IMG/VR virus record: IMGVR_UViG_3300045988_061742
Location: 1-18,455 of that record
Strand: one strand, 5' to 3'
Length of the DNA: 18,455 bases
Source of the DNA: a virus
Shown: piece after piece, positions 12,578 through 18,455 of the stretch
Layout of the letters: every line of letters begins with the position of its first letter
Position numbering within the stretch: position 1 is the first letter of the stretch
Notes under the pieces: model-generated
Database searches by the model: none
What the model was told of the DNA's origin: nothing
What the model saw: the letters and a program-made list of their open reading frames with translations, nothing else
Position numbers and translations under genes: made by a program

Positions 12578-14533
12578 ATGGCTACCGTATACACAAAGAC
12601 GGATAATTACGGATTGAACCTTTACGGCGACAACGACCCTGCCGACTTGCGCGACGGCTACAACGGCAGCATGCGCGCCATCGACACCACGCTTGAAAAG
12701 CATCTCAACCGCATCGAAGCCGTGGAGTCGCGTGAAACGCATGATGAAGAAGTGGTCAAAGCGCTGATTGGTGATAACACGGTTGACAGCGCCACCGCAT
12801 CGAAGACCAAGTGGGATAAATCGATCACAGACGCCGCCGCCGCAACCGCCGCGGCCACAGCCGCAACCGCCGCGGCCACGGCCGCAGCAGGTAAAGCGGA
12901 CAACAACACGGCGATCCTCGCCGCGTTGGGATCCGACACTACGGCAAACGCCACCGCCAATAAAACCAAATGGGATAAAGCGGGAGCGGACGCAGCGACA
13001 GCCATAGGCAAGGCCGACAACAATAAAACAATTCTCACCGCACTTGGAGCAGGCTCAATCGTTGACGCCACGGCGCAAAAAACCAAACTGGACAACACCG
13101 CCGCCAAGGTGGACGAGTTTGCGAACACACGTGTCGACAGCAAGCTTGACTCACACCTCATCATTCACGCGCACCGTGGTTCCTACCGTTTCCCCGAAAA
13201 CACGATGGAAGGCATCATGTGGGCGGTACGTCACGGATACGTGCCCGAAATCGACGTGCAACTCACGTCGGACGGTGTTCCCGTGATCCTGCACGACACC
13301 TCAACCGCGCGAACCATGACAGGCACTGCGGCAAACGTGTCTTCCATCACCTACAGTGATTTTATGAGTCGCGAAGTCAAGGCGAAAGTACATGGCGGAA
13401 ACACCGGCAAGCCGGTAAGCATGGAGCAGGTGCTCCAAGCGGTGGGCGATAGTCCGGTTGACTTTGAAATCAAGTCGCTGAACAACGCCACCACCGACGC
13501 CATGCTGGAATTACTGCGCAAGTATGGCGCAACCTCAATCCACGAATTGACGTCGTTCAGCTGGGAACAGTGCGTCCGTGCCGTGCGGGGCGGCGCGAAA
13601 TACGTGTCGTACACGTGGGATGTGGACACCATGCCGCACTCTTGGACCGACATGAAAAATGCGGGCATTTTCTGCGGCAATCCGCGTGAAGACAAATTGA
13701 CGTCGACAATGGTCAGCGCCGCGCATACGGCGGGGGTCAAGATCAACCCGTGGCTGATTAACGACCCAGTAGCCTACGAGCGTGTCACCAAGCTCGGAGT
13801 GGATGGCATCACGTCCAATTGGCCGGATTATGCGACAAAACAGATGTGCCGCAACTTCACGCCATTCAGCACCGGCGAAAACACTTTTATCCGTCCAACG
13901 CGGTTCCAGGTATACGGCCAGCAAGGGTATGTCGACGTCTCGGAAGCCGACAGAGCCAAGAGCACGTATCTCGCGCCGGACGGGCTGTTCCAGCTTGGTG
14001 ACGCCGATGGGCAGATGGCTGTTGAACTTGTTGAAGTCGGACAGGTGACTTTACCGACGTCAATCGACCTCGAAGGCTTCATGTCCAGAGTACAGACCGG
14101 TGCGGCCGGGGAAACGCGCAATATCGCAGTCGTGGCCGTCAAGGAAAGCACGGATATAGAGCCGTGGGAGGATAACAAGAAGGCTGGACAGGTTGGAATT
14201 ATCGCAGGTGTGCGCCGTAATGGCGCCACCTTCGGCGGATTCTATCAAAACAATAAAGACACTGTGCCTTTTGACTCGACCGATACCAAGACGCCCGTTG
14301 TCGGCAATGACGATAGTGTCGCAGTGCATGCGTCATTTGTCCTTGACAGAGACCATGCACGCATCATTTGGGCTTACAGCAATGGGCAGAATGGCGACGT
14401 AATCACCGGAAACAATAAAAGCGTCATACTGCCGGACGAAAAGTACCGGCTCTACCTGCGTGTCAACCGCAATTTCAAGAGCGCATGGAAAATAAGGGTA
14501 CGTCCCACTGACGGTTATCTCTACGAGAGCTGA
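12578..14533 (+). CDS. Tail appendage / receptor-binding protein with a glycerophosphodiester phosphodiesterase (GDPD) domain (651 aa)
   Basis: aa 1-50: shared anchor module. aa ~66-178: Ala/Thr-rich repeats (..TKWDK....GKADNN.AIL.ALG.. repeated). aa ~193-417 (13154-13828): canonical GDPD motifs HAHRG..FPENT......G...EIDVQLTSDGVPVILHD ... FEIK ... INPWLIND ... GVDGITSNWPD. aa 420-651: beta-rich C-terminal domain of unknown fold. Confidence 0.88.
   Translation: MATVYTKTDNYGLNLYGDNDPADLRDGYNGSMRAIDTTLEKHLNRIEAVESRETHDEEVVKALIGDNTVDSATASKTKWDKSITDAAAATAAATAATAAATAAAGKADNNTAILAALGSDTTANATANKTKWDKAGADAATAIGKADNNKTILTALGAGSIVDATAQKTKLDNTAAKVDEFANTRVDSKLDSHLIIHAHRGSYRFPENTMEGIMWAVRHGYVPEIDVQLTSDGVPVILHDTSTARTMTGTAANVSSITYSDFMSREVKAKVHGGNTGKPVSMEQVLQAVGDSPVDFEIKSLNNATTDAMLELLRKYGATSIHELTSFSWEQCVRAVRGGAKYVSYTWDVDTMPHSWTDMKNAGIFCGNPREDKLTSTMVSAAHTAGVKINPWLINDPVAYERVTKLGVDGITSNWPDYATKQMCRNFTPFSTGENTFIRPTRFQVYGQQGYVDVSEADRAKSTYLAPDGLFQLGDADGQMAVELVEVGQVTLPTSIDLEGFMSRVQTGAAGETRNIAVVAVKESTDIEPWEDNKKAGQVGIIAGVRRNGATFGGFYQNNKDTVPFDSTDTKTPVVGNDDSVAVHASFVLDRDHARIIWAYSNGQNGDVITGNNKSVILPDEKYRLYLRVNRNFKSAWKIRVRPTDGYLYES
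12839..12886 (+). repeat. In-frame 21-nt tandem repeat (GCCGCAACCGCCGCGGCCAC[A/G], ~2.3 copies) encoding (AATAAAT)n in the fibre stalk
   Basis: Unit 1 is 12839-12859 and unit 2 is 12860-12880, differing at one wobble base. A partial third copy covers 12881-12886. Confidence 0.85.
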
Positions 14534-14551
14534 CAGACCATCCTAAGTCCA

Positions 14552-14593
14552 AGTAATAGCCATATCCTCTATAATAAGGATATGGCTATTACT
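14552..14593 (+). promoter_or_regulatory. Perfect 16-bp hairpin that sequesters the SD and start codon of the tail-lysin gene, with TATAAT in the loop
   Basis: AGTAATAGCCATATCC (14552-14567) is the exact reverse complement of GGATATGGCTATTACT (14578-14593). The right arm contains GGA of the SD, ATG 14582 and codons 2-4. The 10-nt loop TCTATAATAA contains TATAAT (14570-14575), 7 nt upstream of the A of the ATG. Confidence 0.6.
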
Positions 14594-15805
14594 TTTGACG
14601 AGTGGATAAAACAAACACAGGGCCGCTACTGGGATATGGACGGGGCGTATGGTGCTCAATGTTGGGATTTGTGGGCCAAATATTGCATGGACCTATACGG
14701 TGCGTCAGTGAGCGACTGCATCACGCCAACCGGCTATGCGGAAGGCAACTACACTCGGTTCCCAACCAATTCAAAAATGGCTGCGGTTTTCGAGAAGAAG
14801 CCCGCTGACTATTCTCCCGTCAAAGGTGACGTGGCGTTTTGGAATTTCTCAAGCCAACACACCGGATCCCACGTGAGCATTGTCATGGAGGACGGCGTAC
14901 ATAACGGACGCATCACCGTCCTATCGCAAAACCCTAATCCCGCGCAGCGCATGAGTTTCGACTTGACGGCGTTTCTGGGGTATCTGCACCCGAAAGCACT
15001 AGGCGAAGGAGGTGGCACGACTTCGACGGAAAAGAATCCGACAGGAGACAATAGTCACGGTTCCGCCGACTCCGCACGTGGTGGCGCGTGGATACATTGG
15101 CAAGGCGGCAACCTCTACTTACATGAAAGCGACAACGCCGGAACACGAACTCGCATATTCTATAAGACAACCGCCAACAATTTTTCCGAAAAGGCGTCAC
15201 AATCCCAACCGTCCAGCGATAACGGACAAGCGCATCCCTCCACCTCGATATCGCCGGAAAACTCTTACGCCCTATATGTGGTGGGCACGGTTGAGGCCGG
15301 TCTACGCTGGGATGCGGTAGAAGCAGCCAATTTGCAGGGCATTGGCATCGCGCAATGGAGTTTCGAGCGCCGACTCCAAGTGCTCAACGCCATGAAGGCC
15401 GCCGACCCAGCCGGATACACGACATTCAAAGCGTCCGCGCCTGAAATCGCGTCTCTTATGGAGTCGGGCGGCACGTTCAAACGTTCGCTCACTTCGGCGG
15501 AAGCGGCCGCGTTCCGCACATGGGCGGGGCGGAGTGAGTCGCGTGACGGCCAACGTAAACAGTTTGCGGAGGATTATGCAGGCTATCCGAAGCAGTACGA
15601 TGATGTAAAAATGCAGATTCTTTGGATAACGGCGTATCACCAATCGCCCGCCAACGCGCTCAAAGTGCCGAAAGCATCGAACCTCGCACAGCTTAAAAAC
15701 AATATTCTGTCAACGTTTCCATTCGGGCCGTACACGACGCGATACAACCAAGCGTATTCTTTGCTTTCGGTGTGGGATGGCAAGTCTAATCCACCCGCAT
15801 TCTAA
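14582..15805 (+). CDS. Virion-associated peptidoglycan hydrolase (phi29 gp13 analogue): N-terminal CHAP peptidase plus C-terminal lysozyme-like domain (407 aa)
   Basis: CHAP motifs: GAQCWDLW (Cys27) and GSHVSIV (His97). A Gly/Ser/Thr linker spans aa 140-165. The C-terminal part (aa ~228-400), GTVEAGLRWDAVEAANLQGIGIAQWSFERRLQVL, resembles the phage tail lysozyme type (E...G.GI.QW..R...L). It sits after the fibre gene, as gp13 does in phi29. Confidence 0.75.
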   Translation: MAITFDEWIKQTQGRYWDMDGAYGAQCWDLWAKYCMDLYGASVSDCITPTGYAEGNYTRFPTNSKMAAVFEKKPADYSPVKGDVAFWNFSSQHTGSHVSIVMEDGVHNGRITVLSQNPNPAQRMSFDLTAFLGYLHPKALGEGGGTTSTEKNPTGDNSHGSADSARGGAWIHWQGGNLYLHESDNAGTRTRIFYKTTANNFSEKASQSQPSSDNGQAHPSTSISPENSYALYVVGTVEAGLRWDAVEAANLQGIGIAQWSFERRLQVLNAMKAADPAGYTTFKASAPEIASLMESGGTFKRSLTSAEAAAFRTWAGRSESRDGQRKQFAEDYAGYPKQYDDVKMQILWITAYHQSPANALKVPKASNLAQLKNNILSTFPFGPYTTRYNQAYSLLSVWDGKSNPPAF

Positions 15806-15810
15806 AAGTG

Positions 15811-15819
15811 TGGTATACT
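15811..15819 (+). promoter_or_regulatory. Candidate extended -10 promoter TGgTATACT
   Basis: A TG-n-TATACT box lies 6 nt after the tail-lysin stop codon. The predicted start is near 15826, upstream of terminator 15880-15924. Confidence 0.35.
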
Positions 15820-15879
15820 TAATAGTGGCAGTGGTTGTATGATGACCTTTCCCCCTTGAACGGCTGCCATATGATAGGT

Positions 15880-15924
15880 TAGTGGAGGGCGTGCGAGTCA
15901 TGGCGCACGCCCTCCACTAGTTTT
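15880..15924 (+). terminator. Rho-independent terminator (16-bp stem) between the tail lysin and the packaging ATPase
   Basis: TAGTGGAGGGCGTGCG (15880-15895), loop AGTCATGG, CGCACGCCCTCCACTA (15904-15919), then G+TTTT (15920-15924). The ATPase SD (AGGAGG) follows directly. Confidence 0.8.
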
Positions 15925-15939
15925 AGGAGGGTTGCAAAC

Positions 15940-17007
15940 ATGACATTGCAAACGCTTGACGAGGGCGATTATTACAATTTGCACAATCTGTTGACGCGAA
16001 ACGCCCCGTGGAATTTTGTAATAGGCGCGCGTGGCCTAGGTAAGACGTTCGCCGCGAAACGATACGGCATCAAAGAGTACATCAAGCACGACCGCGAGTT
16101 CATTTATTTGCGCCGTACGGACGTGGAACAGCACAGGAAAGAGACGTTTTTCAAGGATATTCAGGAATTTTTCCCGTCCTACGAATTTCGTGTCAACGGT
16201 GAAAAGGGGCAGATTCATAAGACTTCCTGGGATGAGAAGGATTGGCGGACATGCTGCTATTTTGTGGCCCTCTCTCAGGCTGGCGGACTCAAGTCAGTCG
16301 CCTACCCGAAAGTGCATTTGATTATTTTCGACGAGATTTTCCCCGATAACCTGCGTTTTTTAAGTAATGAGGTAAACTCGTTTTCCGAATTTTACAATAC
16401 GGTGGACAGGTGGCAGGATAGAACAAAAGTTCTATTCCTATCGAACGCCGTTCAAAAGGCCAATCCATATTTCGCCAAATACCGGTTGGACATTGGCGCA
16501 CAGCAAGCCAACCAACAACAATACAAACTCTATTGCGGCGGGTTTATCTGTCTCGAACTAGCAGACTATGGTGGTTTCTCGGCAAAAGTCGCCAAATCAA
16601 GGTTCGGCAAATTCTTGGAGCAATACGATGGCGATTATGCCGACTATGCGATACGTAACAAGTTCCGTGACGAGTCGGACACATTACTGGCGCCTATACC
16701 GTCAAACGGCGAGCTGTCTTACATTTTGGACACTACGGATTACGCGCGGTTTGGGGTGTGGGTTTCCGTGTCCGAACGCGATGGACGTGTTTCACAATAT
16801 GTTTCACGGCGTATTCCAAAAGACAACAATCGCCCCGTCTATACGCTTGACCCGAACCATGTTGACGAAAGAACGTGGTATGTCAAAAAGTCGGATGATG
16901 TTATACGACGGCTCACCACCGGCTACAGACTTGGTAAAATACGATTCGATGATTCCCAAGTCAAAGCGGATTTCGGTCTGATTATCGGAGAACTGCTAGG
17001 CAAATAG
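15940..17007 (+). CDS. DNA encapsidation (packaging) ATPase, phi29 gp16-like
   Basis: WNFVIGARGLGKTFAAKRY aligns with phi29 gp16 LNFVIGARGIGKSYAMKVY (Walker A, aa 29-36). Walker B is HLIIFDE (aa 125-132). LSNAVQKANPYF aligns with LSNAVSVVNPYF, and the C-terminal G.IRFD matches GYLRFD. Confidence 0.95.
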   Translation: MTLQTLDEGDYYNLHNLLTRNAPWNFVIGARGLGKTFAAKRYGIKEYIKHDREFIYLRRTDVEQHRKETFFKDIQEFFPSYEFRVNGEKGQIHKTSWDEKDWRTCCYFVALSQAGGLKSVAYPKVHLIIFDEIFPDNLRFLSNEVNSFSEFYNTVDRWQDRTKVLFLSNAVQKANPYFAKYRLDIGAQQANQQQYKLYCGGFICLELADYGGFSAKVAKSRFGKFLEQYDGDYADYAIRNKFRDESDTLLAPIPSNGELSYILDTTDYARFGVWVSVSERDGRVSQYVSRRIPKDNNRPVYTLDPNHVDERTWYVKKSDDVIRRLTTGYRLGKIRFDDSQVKADFGLIIGELLGK

Positions 17008-17022
17008 AAAGGAACAATAACA

Positions 17023-17385
17023 ATGACAACAGCGGACGTATGGTGTGCCATCGCAGTAACGTTCTTCATCACCACCGATTACGTCACAGGCGTGGCGAAA
17101 GCCATCATGCAGGATAATCTAAGTTCCAAAAAAATGCGTGAGGGACTAGGCCACAAGTTCGCCTACGTCATCCTCACGTTAACGGCATGGTTCATCGACG
17201 AAGTCAACCTACACATTGACTTGGGACTGCCGGTGTCCGTATTCGTTTGTACGGTCAGCGGAATCTGCCTAATCGAACTTACATCGATTCTGGAAAACGT
17301 CACAGCGATCAATCCGGAATTAGCGAACGCACCATTCATGTCGATATTTTCCCAAAACACGCCTAACGCGAAGCACGGCAAATGA
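17023..17385 (+). CDS. Holin (phage_holin_4 / TcdE-like family, 120 aa)
   Basis: Three hydrophobic segments plus family-typical motifs: DYVTGVAKAI....LSSKKMREGLGHKFAYVIL ... ELTSILENV. It lies directly upstream of the endolysin. Confidence 0.85.
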   Translation: MTTADVWCAIAVTFFITTDYVTGVAKAIMQDNLSSKKMREGLGHKFAYVILTLTAWFIDEVNLHIDLGLPVSVFVCTVSGICLIELTSILENVTAINPELANAPFMSIFSQNTPNAKHGK

Positions 17386-17558
17386 ACCCTATCATCTCAT
17401 ATTGGATATTGAGCGGGCTTACGGCGATTGGAATTGCGATGTGGTTCGCATCCTTCGCCGTCCAATATCCACAGTTCCACCGTGCCGCATTCATCTTCAT
17501 GCTTATCACGACAACGCCGTGGGTGACGGCAACATTATATCTGACACAAACAATGTAA
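17382..17558 (+). CDS. Untracked 58-aa two-TM membrane protein in the lysis cassette (MNPIISYWILSGLTAIGIAMWFASFAVQYPQFHRAAFIFMLITTTPWVTATLYLTQTM)
   Basis: Found by manual translation. Its ATG overlaps the holin stop (ATGA at 17382-17385), it ends 10 nt before the endolysin ATG, and it has two clear hydrophobic helices. It fills an otherwise unexplained 183-nt gap. Confidence 0.6.
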   Translation: MNPIISYWILSGLTAIGIAMWFASFAVQYPQFHRAAFIFMLITTTPWVTATLYLTQTM

Positions 17559-17568
17559 GGAGCGAAAA

Positions 17569-18234
17569 ATGAATATCCAAGAGTGGATTAACTCAGTCAA
17601 CGGCAAAACCATCGACATGGACGGAGCCTACGGCGGACAATGCTGGGACTTGTGGAGCAGCTACGCGCACAACGTATACGGCATTCCAGCCGCCGACACC
17701 AACACCGTAGACGGATATGCCGCAAGCGTGTACACCGCACGTTACGGACGTTCCAGCGCGTTGCAAAAGGCTTTCACCAAAGAGTCAGCCAGCTACACGC
17801 CAACCTACGGAGACGTGGCATTCTGGAAACGCAAGGGCATGAACCACGTCGCCATCGTGATCAAAGACAACGGCAACGGCACACTCACAACCATGTCACA
17901 AAACCCCAACAAAGCCGGATACCTTAATATCAGCAAAAACGGCATCATAGGCTACTTCCACCCTCGAAACAACAACAGTGGCAACGGTAACGCCAATGCC
18001 GTCGCAATCATCGCGCGCACCTATCGCGTCAACGTGCCAGTGCTCAACGTGCGCTCAGCACCAAGCACTAACAGCTGTATTGTGGCGCAATACCATAAAG
18101 GACAGACAGTCAACCTCATGAGCGGCACCACCGTCGCAGACGGGTACATTTGGGCACACTACGTAGGCGGGTCAGGCAAGACACGATACGTCGCGCTAAA
18201 AGCCGTAGAAGGTACGACACAATACCTCGTATGA
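17569..18234 (+). CDS. Endolysin: N-terminal CHAP peptidase plus C-terminal SH3b cell-wall-binding domain (221 aa)
   Basis: CHAP motifs are GGQCWDLW (Cys25) and NHVAIV (His). An Asn/Gly linker (NNNSGNGNANA) follows. The SH3b-like C-terminus reads YRVNVPVLNVRSAPSTNSCIVAQYHKGQTVNL....DGYIWAHY..GSGKTRYVA. AAGGAG SD upstream; the gene follows the holin. Confidence 0.9.
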   Translation: MNIQEWINSVNGKTIDMDGAYGGQCWDLWSSYAHNVYGIPAADTNTVDGYAASVYTARYGRSSALQKAFTKESASYTPTYGDVAFWKRKGMNHVAIVIKDNGNGTLTTMSQNPNKAGYLNISKNGIIGYFHPRNNNSGNGNANAVAIIARTYRVNVPVLNVRSAPSTNSCIVAQYHKGQTVNLMSGTTVADGYIWAHYVGGSGKTRYVALKAVEGTTQYLV

Positions 18235-18242
18235 CATAAGGG

Positions 18243-18280
18243 AAGCCCCTAGACTGTTGGCCTAGGGGCTTTTACTTTTA
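18243..18280 (+). terminator. Rho-independent terminator at the end of the late operon
   Basis: AAGCCCCTAG (18243-18252), loop ACTGTTGGC, CTAGGGGCTT (18262-18271), then TTACTTTTAT. Confidence 0.85.
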
Positions 18281-18336
18281 TATGTTAGTCGCCATCATCA
18301 TTCTCCCCTCCGATTGTCCTTCTCAAACTCGGTAAC

Positions 18337-18455
18337 ATGTGCGGTAAAGTTAGCATTTTATTTTTCCTTCCCCTTGAATCGGATAACTACAATATAACAC
18401 AAACAAAACGGCGACACGCCCGAAAACAAAACAAAACAAAATACTGAAACACAAC
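18337..18455. repeat. Right inverted terminal repeat (ITR), 119 bp
   Basis: Exact reverse complement of 1-119; begins at ATGTGCGGT (18337) and runs to the last base of the window. Confidence 0.97.

Noticed and set aside
1-18455. Search for tRNA, rRNA, CRISPR arrays, integrase/transposase or lysogeny genes, and reverse transcriptase/DGR elements
   Set aside because: No cloverleaf-like sequences, spaced direct-repeat arrays or recombinase/RT motifs were seen on either strand. The genome appears strictly lytic and ITR-bounded.

Overview
The window looks like a complete 18,455-bp linear dsDNA phage genome. It is bounded by perfect 119-bp inverted terminal repeats that sit exactly at both ends. 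Gene content and order match the phi29-like, protein-primed small podovirus plan, and every confidently called gene is on the + strand. The left (early) module runs from about 100 to 5015. It holds tiny hydrophobic ORFs, several orphan ORFs, an SSB-like protein, a basic putative terminal protein and a compact, divergent protein-primed family-B DNA polymerase, and it ends at a strong intrinsic terminator (5160-5193). The late module runs from 5250 to 18234. In order it encodes an acidic scaffold-like protein, a phi29 gp8-like major capsid protein with C-terminal Ig-like domains, a gp9-like tail knob, a gp10-like portal and a gp11-like lower collar. These are followed by a coiled-coil structural protein and three consecutive genes that share one N-terminal module, the largest being a tail appendage with a glycerophosphodiester phosphodiesterase (GDPD) domain. 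The module ends with a CHAP plus lysozyme-like tail lysin, a gp16-like packaging ATPase, a holin, an untracked 58-aa two-TM ORF and a CHAP-SH3b endolysin. The GDPD, CHAP and SH3b domains, strong AGGAGG-type SD sites and recurrent TGnTATAAT boxes point to a Gram-positive host. The most interesting non-coding signals are: (1) a self-contained promoter, ~170-nt structured region and terminator unit between the polymerase and the late genes, which could be a phi29 pRNA-like packaging RNA; (2) a perfect 16-bp hairpin that buries the start codon of the tail-lysin gene and carries a TATAAT in its loop, placed to give a leaderless transcript; (3) a promoter, leader and terminator unit in front of the ATPase-lysis cassette. 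No tRNA, rRNA, CRISPR array or transposable element was seen. All calls rest on by-eye motif recognition and hand folding, with no database search or computation.
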